Shown: positions 14,123 to 29,000 of the stretch, piece by piece
Numbering within the stretch: position 1 is the stretch's first letter
How the letters are laid out: every line of letters starts with the position of its first letter
Assembly: GCA_046563655.1 (NCBI GenBank)
Contig: CM102289.1
Coordinates: forward strand, 7,688,001-7,752,000
Origin: Yuukianura sp. NJ FZ-2021
Taxonomy: Eukaryota
DNA: 64,000 bases
Direction: 5' to 3'
Program-made: the position numbers and the translations under genes
The notes under the pieces: model-generated
The model's input: only the letters and a program-made list of their open reading frames with translations
Database searches by the model: none
Told to the model about the DNA's origin: nothing

Positions 14123-15705
14123 ATGGGGTTTATCTGCGCCATTTGCAGCGATTCCTTGGAGAACACTCACGTTGGGGATTCAGACTCTGATGGTGATGGA
14201 AAACGGTCTAGGTCCAACCTATCGGCTGTACCTTGCGGGCATATATTTCACACTTACTGCATAAACACTTGGACAAGGTAACTTGGCAGCAAATATTGTT
14301 AACTCTTCATGTGATTGTTTTAAAAACAAATACTAGTAAATATGATTGATTTCCACTCTTCTTCAGCTCTGGTGTACCGTCCAGCAACCTTTGTCCTAAC
14401 TGTCGAAAATGCATTCCACGACGAACCTGCATTGAGTTGTTTCCAGACTCCTACGATGAAAATACCTCGCCAAGTTCCCCCAATTCCGAGGACAAGCAAA
14501 AATCTGAACGTGAGCAGTACGAAAAGGACGTTGAAGCCCTAAAATCCAAAATCTACAGAGTTGAAGCCGATTTCAAGATACAGTTATCTCTTTACGAGTT
14601 GCTTACGTAAGTTTTAGAACGAAACGCCAAAATTATTGAATTTTTCATAGTATAACAAAAACGTTTCCCTCTTCAAATAGCCGAGATCATCAAGCTAACA
14701 TCAAGTTATTCAACGACCAATGTCGGCTGAAGGATGCAGAAATTGCTAGTTTGAGATCAGATGCTACTAACGCGAAACAGCAACTTGAACTAGAAGTCCA
14801 AAAACTTAAGTCGTAAGTTACAACTATTAGTTCGTTGGCAAACCAATTCATCATAGAGTAATTCCAATTCCATACTCACGAATTTTCAGGGAGTTGTGGC
14901 TAACACATCATAAGTTGGAGGCTGAACGAAATGGACGCAACGATGATCGCAAGAAGCAAGTGGAGTTTTGTGAACGGTTTGCTGCACAAATTAACTCTCA
15001 ACGATTAGAACTCCTTTCGCATTCCCTTCAATTCCAACGTGACAGTGCTTTGCAGAAACCTGAAATCGACCTAAAAGTGGTCAGTGTTATCATAATATGA
15101 TGAAGATGATGATTTTTAGTTTAAGTAAATTTTAATTGTGTTCCGAATTCCAGGAAACTGTACGCCACGGTAAAGGTAAACCAAGCAAGTCTCGTCCGAT
15201 CAATAGTATCTACGGTATGGGAAAGCCCAAACGCGGAAAGAAAATGGTATATGAAAAAGGCCCTGATTCGGAACCAGAGATTGAGGAGCTTCAAGTGGAT
15301 GACTCGGATGATGACAACGACATTGACATCACTTCTGGTCAACTTGATCCTCGCAAACGAAAACTTCCACGACTTCGACCCGCTAATCCTGAAATTCCGA
15401 AACAGAAAATCAAACGAATGCCGCCCACTGAATTATCCTTGTCTCCAATTACACTTACGCTTTCTTCTGACAGTGAGGACGAAGTAAGTTCTCCGAATCC
15501 ATTCAATTACTTCTAAAACTTAAACTAAACTTAAACGCTGAAATCACTGAAGATATTGCGTTTCTGTCATTCAAAGGTCCACGCTGCAGGAACATCAGGG
15601 TCAAATCCAGCTGAACCAATTCCGGGTATAGGCGACATGCCTACAACTTCCAGCTCCACTCCCAATACTCCAGCCGAGCCCGTTACCATGGACACAACTG
15701 CATGA
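14123..15705 (+). CDS. N-terminal RING-H2 plus coiled-coil protein (TRAIP/NOPO-like E3 ubiquitin ligase), multi-exon
   Basis: MGFICAICSD...AVPCGHIFHTYCINTW...LCPNCRK is a C3H2C3 RING split by an intron near 14278-14366. It is followed by a heptad-rich region (EQYEKDVEALKSKIYRVEADFK...) and a low-complexity acidic/basic tail. Orthology is uncertain. Confidence 0.75.
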
Positions 15706-16554
15706 TTGGGCATAAAATACATGTCGATATCACAATGCCCACTCACTGTTGAATCGTTGTATGTAAAACGATGTACAGTGATACGAACAACTCCACTTCT
15801 TCACTAGGAAAGGCGAAATACAAAGTACGAACACGAAGTAGGCTTATAGTTAAAAATAACTAATAAAATAGGATTATATTTAATTCATTTTGTAAATAAA
15901 AAACCCTCGCTTTTTTCTGTGTAAACGAATGTCTAACGTTTAGTCTCGGATCGAACGGAAAACGTTTCCATTTTTTAAAAGAACGTCCAAAGCCGAATCT
16001 TGAATCGAATGCAAAACGTTTCCGTTGTTTTTTTCACCTTAGTTAAAATTAACGTTAAAAAAGTTAACGTTTTCCTTAGGCTGGCAAAGTGAAAACACAT
16101 GTTTATTTTCTACAAAAGGTAATTTATTATATAATTCTGCAGTGGCAAAACCTCACTACAAAAAAGTCAAAATTAATTAATTAAATTACAAGGTTCACAT
16201 GATTTTTTATAACTTAAATTACCTAAAGTGAAAAAAAAATGACGTCGTGTGGCGAGTTTATTTACAAGTGGGGGGCGTAACGTAACAAGAATTAAGTGAG
16301 AACAAAAGTGAGATGAGGCTAACACGGCCAAACTACTTAAGCCGAAAGCTAAGCTAATTAAGTTGTACGGTTCGTTTGGGCATGGGATTTGTCATAAGAG
16401 AATGACTTGCTTACTTGCTTGCTGCAATTGCCGCTGGCAAGATTTAGCATATGATTTGAACTGTGAGCTTTTGCCTTGTTGCTGTTGTTGTCAACTTACA
16501 AGTATTATTTTAGCTGCTGAGATTCAGGGCTGTGTTGGTGCGTGAAGGAGCTCC

Positions 16555-18580
16555 TTATGACAAGTATGTTCTTACAACGGCTTTGATCGGTTGTCTGCAC
16601 AGAGCACAGGATGAGAGGGCCGTGGCACAGCGGACACAGGAGACGAGATGACCGCAGGGCAAAAAGACAACGCCCACTTCATCGTCCATACATATCTTGC
16701 ATTGTCGAGCTTCTTTCAACTGTCTCAGTTCTTCAGCCATATCGTGACCTGCAAGTGATACAAACGTTTCATCGATTCCTTTGGATGATCCTAATTCATA
16801 AGGAGATTGTCGTGAAACTAAAAATTTACCTTCAGTCTTCACACATTTTGATTCCTGTAGACAAAAAATACAACCAGCCATTTAGTAAATGAATGTAAAC
16901 GAATGAAATGAATAACGAAAGAAATGAATGAATAGTAATTGATAGATTGGAGTTAATCCGGAAGGAGGATTATGATTACTTACATCCATTGGTTGGGCAA
17001 CTTGACATTCTAATGGTTTTGTAGACTCTTTGACAGGTTTGGTGACCGTAATATCTTCGTCCGAGTCAGAACCAGAACCGACACCCTAAAAACGAAGATC
17101 AGATGTCGTTTAGTATTACAGTAAAATTTAAATTTTAGTTGACTTAATTTGAGATTAAAACTTACGGAGGTTGAGGATGATGGAGATTCGGAGTCTGGGT
17201 TGGGGACATCCGCACTACCGGATGCTACACTTGAAGTTGTGGATGAAACTTCGTCATCCTCTGATGATTGCGAGCTAACTGAAGTCTTGGGCTTCTGAAA
17301 AGCAAAACAAGTCAATTGTATTTTATTAATTCAAATACGTAGTAAGTTAAAAAATGTTTTGTAAGTAATACTCACCTCTGGTTTTGAACTAATTGCTTTC
17401 TCAACGTAGTGACGCCCTTTGCTGAGCAGAACATACGGGCAATTTCCAAACCACCGGGCATGTTCGTGCCACGGATCGTCACACTGCTCCCAATTCCGAA
17501 GGCCACCGTCGCAGTAGAAACATTTAACATGGTCCTCACATCCGATGTAATAAAACCCAGCATCCGCCATCTTGTCCGGACTCTGTCCCGTGCTCTGTGG
17601 CCATTCCGCAAAAGTTTTAAGCCGAGCGTCGACAGTGACTAAGTTCTTTCTCAGTGGTCCTCTCCCAGTTCTAATCGCGAGGCTGGTAACATCTTCTTTT
17701 TCGCCAGCCAATGGTAAAGCTCCTCTCACATGTACTGTAAACAAAATAAATATTTATTAATTTCAAAAAAAGATTTTAGTTCAATATTTTTTACTGACTA
17801 TTTTGGTAGGAAATGTGAGAAAAAATAAAACTTGTGGCCTTCAATCAATCAGTTACCTTGGTGTCTGGTCCGATAAGCCTCTTCTGAAGCAATCATGGAG
17901 TCCTCGAATGGTCCACAAACATCATATCCATAACTTTCATTTACATGAGGTGGTTCCTCTATGTGTAGAGGCGCCGCTGCATCCTCCTCTCCATCCCGGG
18001 GAATCGGAATATTCCCCACTGGCAAATTACAGATGAATGGACACCGTGGGAAGTGCTTCTTGTGTTCTACCGAAGGAATATCACCCTCATCCCACTCGCC
18101 TGCGACGCCTCTGCAAAATGCACACTGTACCTGAGGAAATAAAATAAAAACAACATTGGTTAAGATTTTGAATTATGATAGTACTTTACTTCGATTTGTA
18201 TTACAATAAATAACAACTACAAAACCATCTCGTGTATGCAAATTTTGTCTTTGAGTCTGACGATTTCAAAAATTCGAATTTGAATCGATTTAACTTGCCT
18301 TGTCTCCGTCCTTGAGAAAAAAGAATCCTGATTTCGCGCAATCTGCTGGACTGACGAATGAAATTGGCCAAGGACAGTCTGCAGTGTAAAATGTATTCAA
18401 ACGAGCTTGTTCTGACTTCAGGGGTTCGAAGTTTATTGTTGAAGGATGGTACAAACTGCTTGTGTTGTCCACTCTGGTATTTACTGAAGGTTCATATGGA
18501 ATTCGATGGGGAGAAAAATTGGTCGTGTCTAGTCTTCTTGTTGCTACTACACACTCCCTTCCAGTTCCAGTGGAGTCCAT
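16555..18580 (-). CDS. Inhibitor of apoptosis protein with two BIR domains and a C-terminal RING (DIAP1-type architecture)
   Basis: BIR1 is ARLNTF...GFFFLKDGDK|VQCAFCRG...W...EHKKHFPRCP. BIR2 is ARLKTF...GFYYIG...VKCFYCDGGLRNW...EHARWFGNCPYV. The RING is CKICMD...FLPCGHLVSCVRCA...CALCR...VRTYLS*. Confidence 0.95.
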
Positions 18581-19641
18581 GTCAACAATTTTGCGTATTT
18601 CTTTCTCTTCTTTGTTGTTACGTTTGTCCAGAGATCAGTTCCTCCCTTTGAATTATGCCAAACAAGGAGGGTCCAAAGTTCAGACTCCAATAGTCAAAGT
18701 CCAAGCACAGAGGACGCGTATGGACACGCGGAGATCTGAAAACGGATGCAAAACTTTAGCGAAGTTGCAAATGAATTTGCAAATTATGTGTAGCCAATAG
18801 TCAGATCACCGTAAAAATTAATTAAACTTTACTTACTGTTAACTTTTAGTTGACTAACTTTAGAAACTAAACCTTCTTGAATCCTCTACTTCATTTCCGT
18901 TTTGAGTGAAACAAATATGGCAGAACCAAGGCGTAGAACAAGGCAGGAGACGAAAACACCCAGAGAGAAGGGGAGGAAGGGTAGACGGGGCGGAAAATTC
19001 TCATTAAAAATTGACTCATTCTCAAACAGAGGTGCGCAAAACGATTTTATCACGCCGCGCGGAATCGAAACAACACACTTATTAACTGTGTTTAAAATCT
19101 AACTAACGATAAAACAACGTGCCCACAGTTCCAAACGTTTACTTATCTACTTCTATAATTACTTATACATAGCAGCTGTTACATGCATTATAATATGCAT
19201 CGTAGTTGTAAAACCCCGTATTAATACACGTATTATACGAATTATACATATTAATACAACTAATATGTATATCTATATACGTATTGCACATACGAAAATA
19301 CGTATTAACGTGCGTTTTATAGCATTAAATATGCTCATTAGTATTAATACGCATTTATACGTAATTTTGCAAGCTTTGTGAAAAAAAGCAACATTTGAGT
19401 ATGGAAATTTTTGAGAGGTGCGGGAAAAGACATTAAGTTTGGAGACGAGTGATATCGACCAGTTCTTAAAATAACACAAATTCCAAAGGGGGAATAATGG
19501 ACTCTTCCCCCTTGTTCATGTTCTTGTGTCGTGATGAATTCCTACGTGACTGACGCTGTTTGCTTATAACTACTTAAGCTAATGCAAGAGGGACTTAAAA
19601 AGTTTGACCTTGTTCCTTATTCGTCCTCTTCATATACGGAT

Positions 19642-20216
19642 TTAACAATAGACCAACTCCTCCAGCCGTATCCAATTGCTTGAAGGTGACATCATGAAGT
19701 GGGAGTCACTCAAATCCTCGTGACCATATATACCTATGACCTTAATTGATTCTGGTTGATCTTCATAAAGGCTAAAATCGTTTGACTCAAATATCTGTAC
19801 GTCAGAGGTTTGGAAACGAAACAATTCCAGGAAAAAAATTTCGAACTATGGATTTCAGGTCCAACTTCCAGAAAATCACGCGTAGTACCTTTGAAGTATT
19901 TTTGGAATTTTCTGCATGATAAACTACATGATGAAATGAAACTTTTGATCGGATCGGGATTCGGGAGTGCGAAAACGAAAATGTGTAGGAAAATAACCAA
20001 CAACAACAGACGTTATTGTAGCAGAATTCGTTTGACATGTCGATTTGTAATTGTAAACCAATCAAAACGAAAACATGATATTGATAAAGTCAGGTTCAAA
20101 ATGAATTGAAAATGAATTGATAAAAATTCTCTAGTGTTACTTCGTAAACAAACCGTAACTGATATCTCGTTTGAATGGAGATTACCAGAGATAACTCTCG
20201 CAAATTGCGATCCCAT
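19642..20216 (-). CDS. Candidate 3-exon orphan small protein (72 aa), hypothetical
   Basis: Exons 20186-20216, 19889-19923 and 19642-19794 join through GT-AG introns with matching phases into an ATG-to-stop frame. No recognisable domain. Confidence 0.25.
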
Positions 20217-20853
20217 TCGATTGCCAATTTCTGCACTAATGTGAATTTCAATGCGACAAATTTTAGATTTGCTTTGTTTACATATCTAAAATACTACAAC
20301 GCGTGTCGATAAGTCCATAGGATTAGTACTTGTACCATTTGCATTTGATTTTGATTACTACTAAAATTGTTTCGCAAATTGAGTTTCTAATTTGCGAATT
20401 CCAATTCAATAGCAGCTGAGTTTTCATTTTCCTGTTTGTGTTTTGTAGTGATTTTGGATTTGGATTTTGACTTGCATTTTGAAATTTGAATTTTTGAATT
20501 CCCAACTCCCGCGAGATTCAGCTGTGCGGTGCCCAATGTATGAAATGTGACGACAACAACTCGTGTGGTTTAGTAGCCAGCCAATCATATCGGCTCACAC
20601 CCCCACACGTCCCACCATCTGATCAGCTGATCTTGTTCTCTTTTTCTTGTCCGTCTGTGTGGTCGTTTTGTCTCTGGCCACTTTACTTTGACTGCTTGTT
20701 TCGGGAATCGTAATCGTCGCGTGTCACTGCACCGGGTAAGGATTAAGTAATCAATAAATTATTAATAGTGTGACATTTGATTCGAAAGTTAAAACTTCGT
20801 AATTCTGTTTTTAATCAAAAGGTTACCTGCAGGTTGCTGTAAAGACTTTGACC

Positions 20854-22766
<1,913 letters not shown>

Positions 22767-23017
22767 AACAAATAGTTACCTCAGCAAACGATGAAACTGA
22801 TCTGGTCAACTAGAATTCAAGAGTCAATATATATTTGATATTTAGCCGAAACGGACGTGAAATGTAAAATCAACTACTAATAGAAATTATAGACTTGCCA
22901 GATTCCGATTATCTCAGCAAAACTAAAATGTATTTTATTAATTTAAAAAATTGCGTTGTTTGTAAAAATTCATAAACCTCCAAGCACCGATTCAATCTAA
23001 TTTCTTCCTAAGACTTT

Positions 23018-26000
23018 TTAAACTCTTTCCGTTGAAATTGAATAAACACAACCAATACGCAGAAAGTATTGCTTGAGGAGGCGTTTCACTTCCGGATCCA
23101 CATCAACTGTCATCAAATCGCATAGCAGCGGATAGTACATTGTCGTGTGAATTTGGAACTACAAAAGGAAAACAAAGTTTCACATGTGTTAGTGTGATAT
23201 TCTGATATTGGCAATAGTACTGGCGATACTGGCAGTACCTTTTCATTTGTAAGTTGACCCAGTCTCTGTAAAGCTAAGCAGAGGAGACTCGTCCATTCTG
23301 GTTGTTTCAGGATCTTGGCATTGAGACTCATGAGACGTCGCTCTATTTCTCCCTGGATTCCAGCCTGGAGAGGATCCTCATAAATTCGAAAAAGTAGTCG
23401 GAGGCTTGTATTCATGGCATCGAGGAGTCTGTGCGGTTCCTGAAATAGACAACGATCACTGCATTTTCTCTCACATCATCATTTTCTTGTCCAACCGTTG
23501 AAGCTTACCTCACTAAAGCAGTCCAACGTATCCAAAACGATTATTAGATTTTCATCATTCAGGTAAGGATACATTCCTTGTTCTTGATTATAATCTTGGG
23601 GGGCTTGAATCTGAAAACCAAAAAAGAAGAGCCTTACCGTGACCCTGACCGCCGCACTCCAGCAACTTTAGGTAAGAATTTAATTTACCTTGTCTTCGTT
23701 ACTGCGACTTCCGTTTGATTGATAGAAAACGATGTTGTCAATGGTCAGAATCAGTTCATTTGGGAATGACATTTGTTTGGGCGTTCTCTTCGTCTTAGAC
23801 GTCGGAACATTTGGACTCTGCAAACACTGAAGAGACAACACAAACAAATTAACTCCTTAAGTAATCAACTTTTTAATTAAATTAAACCTAATTTAATTTT
23901 GAGTAGTTTTAATAACTTTACCATCCATTGAGCAATTCCTCTCAAAAACTCAACAGTACTTTTCCAAACACCAGGATTGAATTTGGATCCATTCGAAAGC
24001 ACGAGATGTTCTAAACAATGAATGGCGGAAATCGATAGTTGACAACTAGGATCTGGAATGAAAGAAGAATCTATTCAGACATTTGACGAACGTTCGTAAC
24101 GAAGGCGTAGCCAGATTAATCACCTCCTTCGATACACCATTGAAGCTGCTTGAACAGATCATCCATAAGCAGAGGTCCCAAAATATCGTAGTATTGCGTA
24201 AAAACGTCGATGATTGCAAATAAAGCATGATTGCATGTCGTCGTCATCCATTCTTTCTTCTACGAAAAAAATTCAATTACAAATTAGAAATTACTCAATT
24301 TTTAGATTGTGGGGTTAAATCAGCTGAGCTTCCATACAACTGCTTACTTCATTTAGTTGTTCTGGTAGCTTCATGTTATCAAAAATTCTAAAAATGATTT
24401 GAAACAAGTCTTTCCACCAATGCGGCTGGAATGAATACCCGTAAGTTTTGATTATCTCGAACATCACCTACAAAACACATGGAAAATGACTTAATAGTGC
24501 TGGATTCATTCAGCAATGTAATCAGTAATTCGTGTGCATTAAAGGATTAAACTTACAGTTAATCCACGGGTTCTGACGTCTAAGTTGCACCGGCCAATGA
24601 TACATGACAGTTCAAACAGAATTGGAAACCATCCTCTCACCCAGATTCTGTCAGCGTGTGGAATGTTTAGTTCATCCATACACTCAATCAAGAGCTAAAA
24701 CGAAATTCAAACGATAAAAACAATAAAACTATACTTTTCTAAAGTACTAACAGCAGAAATTGCAACTTGAACTTACATCTGGCTGTTTGTCGACAAACGT
24801 AGCGCAGTATCGGATGAGCCGAATGGATTCCATGCTAATGTCAGGATAATTTGTATTGCAGGCAAATTCAGAGAGGCATTTGATCCCGTTTCTTCAAACA
24901 GAAAATACTTTACCGAGTTAGGAAGTTATTTCACACTAAAAATCAACTATACCAGTAAAACGACCTCCTTACCCAAACGAATCCAACAGAATTGTTGGAT
25001 TACTGGAATAAAGCTCACCTATTGAAAAAAAAAGAGTAAAGAATTGTAGGTAAGTCAAACTTTTTCAAAAGCATAAATTAGAATCATTTGGAATCTCTTC
25101 ATACTTACCAATGATTCGGTTTGTAGTGATAAAGCACATTTCCACAATATTTGGATCCAAGTCGTTAGCACCAAGCGATAAGACACTAAAAATGTTCTTC
25201 CAGCCTGATCGAATCTTCCCTGACTGGTGGATCATTTGAGTGATACAACGCACAATCATATCTCGAATTGATGGTGACCTAAGTTAAACAGTCGCAAATG
25301 AACATCACCAACAGCATCTCTACGTAGGTTTAAACTTACGAATTCTTCTTCATGATATACTCAAATGGCCTCAAGAAGTCTTTCTGAAATCTGAAATTAG
25401 TAAACTCTCCTTTTTCAATAAACTTCATACTGAGTTGTCGCAAAGAATCAATTGCAAAGAACGCTATTTCATCAGTCAGACATCCTACGTGGTTAAAGTG
25501 GTCTCCTAGCACCTAAGCACGAATGACAAACATTTAGTGAACTGCCAATACATTCAGTTTGACTTATCAAGAAGGCTTGTACTTTCTGAGTATAAACTGA
25601 ACCTACCTCCCAGATTCTGGACCATTCCAACCGAATACGGGACATGTTGTAGTACGAGATTTCAACAATCTTTTGCAAACTGAACATCCGAGGATGATTT
25701 GAAGTAAGTTCATCCAATGAAACCGTGCACAACGCACGAACGAAATGGACAATACTGTCACCATCAAGCAGTGTCGATCCCGTAAATATTCTGTCCACGG
25801 CCACCAGAATTGACTGAGAAGATGTCGAGGTGATGGATTCCTTTACGCTGGCTGAAAACGATTAACACAATTCAGTATAAGAAATTCAATAAGGAAAAGG
25901 CGGGAAAAAGCAACACTTACGATCTAAGTGGTTCAAGTTGATATTCATAGGATTATGTGAATGTTGTTGCGACTGTGATTCCAGCATGGCAAAAGACTTG

Positions 26001-29000
26001 AGTCCACCGAGAGCACTGCTGACACCACTCACGTCTTTGCTTCTTGTTCCAACTAACTGTGCCAGTTCCAGTGAAGAAATGGCTTTCAAAATATCCAACC
26101 ACGCTGTGTCCAAGTAGTTCCCTTCCAACTGTCCAATTATTATCAGCGTCTTGATGGAATTGATATTCTTTGATTTCATTTCCGTTAGAGATGATGTATT
26201 CAGCAGAGTGAATCTCGCCAGGGCTTGAATATAAGCATCCCGTTCCAATCGCATTTGAAAAATACAAGCAATGTGTATGGCCAGTCGAATTCCTTCAAGG
26301 CACAACGTAGAAATGTTCTGTTCGTTGGAGTCCTGCAGTCCGACACTGAATGAAGCCAGAAACGGCGTCCAGGCCAACTAAACACCCAAAAAAATTTCTT
26401 TTTCAACTTCAATTTTATAAAAACGTTTGAGTGAATTTAGAATTACCTTGAACATTGGTCTGATATGCTCCAAGTGCTTTCCTTCAGTGAAATTTTGTTC
26501 TTCCTTTCCAATCGTAGTAGAGCCAATAAGACCCTTACTCCCGCTAGATTTCTTCGGAATATTTTTCATCTTGATTTCATTTCCAGCAATCTCGTCGTAA
26601 ATCCCAGACAGGTAAGCTTCCGGCAGATCTCTGCTGTCGTTGATTCCACGGTTCATCCGAATGTATTGCTCTTTGGTCATTTTCGTTTTCACCTGAAAAT
26701 GTATCACTAACTTCACTTCGAGTTCAACCAACTTCAATTGACAAAGAACTACGTGAATCGACGTTATAAAAAGGTTTAACAATGATTTAGTACGAACCTG
26801 TGGGCTATGTAAGTCCGTCGTTAGCATTATAATCGAGTACGCTAAGACGTATGCTGTATCCGCAGAGGTGAAAATTCCATTCCTGAAACAAACCCACAAA
26901 CAAAATCAGAATTTTTTTCCGAAAATCGAAAATGGCGGCTGCAATTGAAGCTACTAACGTTGGATTGCATTCACAGTAACGGGACGCAAACTTTTCCATG
27001 AGCCTATCAATCTTCTGTGCTTCTCCGGGAAGACGGAATCCTTGTAGGAAATATCGGAGAGCAGTAACAAAGTCTTGATCCTTAAAATTAAATTGGTCCA
27101 CATATGCGTGCATAACCTGCAAAAACGTTCAAAAGTTAAAACAAACATTCCTGTTTTTGAAATACCAGTAAAAACTGGACCTGCTTGTGCAGTGTGTCTG
27201 GATCTCCTAAATATTCCCCTATTCCCGTTTTGTCAACTCGGTCATCAGTGTGGAAAAATATTGCAATTTCAGTGGCCGTGTGACCTAGAAGATTATTTGC
27301 TTGCATGAACTTGATGCCTTCACTCGGTTTCCGGTTGAATCTGTAAACACACAAGCATTTAGCCAGCTGATTCTAAAAATTTTGAAGTACTATCACGAGT
27401 AACACTTACAGAAATAGCCCTTGTTCCCAAGTATTTTTGTGTGACTTCATCACTTCAAACTGCATAGGATTATCGACAACAACTTCCTCAATGTCCTCCT
27501 TCGGGCGACTCCATTCATCCATACATTGCAAAATCCCGACAAGTCCTCGTATCCCGTCGATTCTTAGGTCGGTCGAGTCCGTTGCGATTTTGCTCAAGTC
27601 GTTGACCAGCCTCTCGTAAATATTTACAGAGCCCAAATCACAGTCATAGTTTAGGTACAAATCTACAATGATTTGAGCATTCGAACAAATTGAAATCAGG
27701 GAGTTGAGAGTAAGGAGCTTGTGCGGATTTGAGCTGTGGGACGAAGCCTCCAAAATCGGGAAAATTATTTCCTTGAAGAAAAACTGCAAATTCAAAGAAC
27801 AACGCATTTGAGGGCTTAAACATCTCCAATGTTAATTCCAAGAGTAAAAAGAGTTACTAACCTCAATTTGAGAACGTAAGTGTTGTCGGAAATGAATAAG
27901 AAGATGAACAAATATTTTCATGGACAGCTCGAAAACGACAGGAACAGGACTGAGACCGTTCTTGTTCAATGAGATACACAGATATTGCTTGATCGCCGTA
28001 ATGAAAACGGGATTAGTTTTGAAAACTTGTCCAGGTTCTTGAACGATGCTCAGCAGAAGTTGGAGTGAAAGAATCTTTGAGCGGAGTTCGTGTGACCTGC
28101 AATGATAACAACATATAGATAGGTTAACTAAAATACTTGGCAGCATTTGTCTAAAACACACACCAACACTAATATTAACATATGATAATACTTAGGATCG
28201 TTGGGACTATTTTCCGGTAAAGGCTTCATACTCAACTTGCAGAGTGCACGGAATATGAGAAAGGCATCTTTTTGGAGAATGTGATTGAAAGCAGGCACGG
28301 GATGTGGTAAAGCATTGGGATTCTGCGGATCCAGAACGTAGCTTGTCGAGTCTGTCGGCGTTTCCAGTCCGTTTGCACTGGTTAGACTCTCCTATTCAAA
28401 AAATATAAGTTCATAAACATAAGTTTTTTCAAAGAAAAAAATATTTTTGAATTTTTCAAAAAGAGAATAGGACTCACTTGTGAAGGAATTCGACTGACCG
28501 GTTTCTCTTCAACATGCTTAGCGGTTTTCAGTGAAGAAGGTGGGTGCTGCTTTGTGCCGGTTTCAACAGCATTCGGTTTTGGTATCGATGCTTGCGGAGA
28601 AGTAATTTTCGTTTCCGGTTCTGGCGACTCAGAACCACCATTGATGCTGATTGGACGTTGCTCATGTTGATCACTAGAAGTATCAGCTGATTCCTGAGCC
28701 TTGGCACGTTCTTCGTTAGTATCGTTTTCAACTTCAATTGACTCTTCAAACGGATTTTTGCTGAGATTACTGTCACCTTGTTCAAAGCTTTCTGGCGGAA
28801 CAGCACTTCCAGAATGTTGCTCATCTTCAGAGTCTTCGAAAGGATTTTTGCTAGGTGGACGTTCTATTTCTTCAGGTTCATCAAATGGATTTCCATTCGT
28901 ATCGCCAGCTTCTACTTCAGATGCCGGTGGTGGCACTATTTCAACAGTAGGAGTAGGAGTACTGACTCCACCCCCTTCAGCTTCTTTGTCAACATTACCC

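Noticed and set aside
16363..16545. Cys-rich 60-aa plus-strand ORF resembling a metallothionein or toxin
   Set aside because: It starts at a non-ATG codon, has no signal peptide, and arises from TGT/TGC-rich sequence antisense to the IAP 3' UTR.
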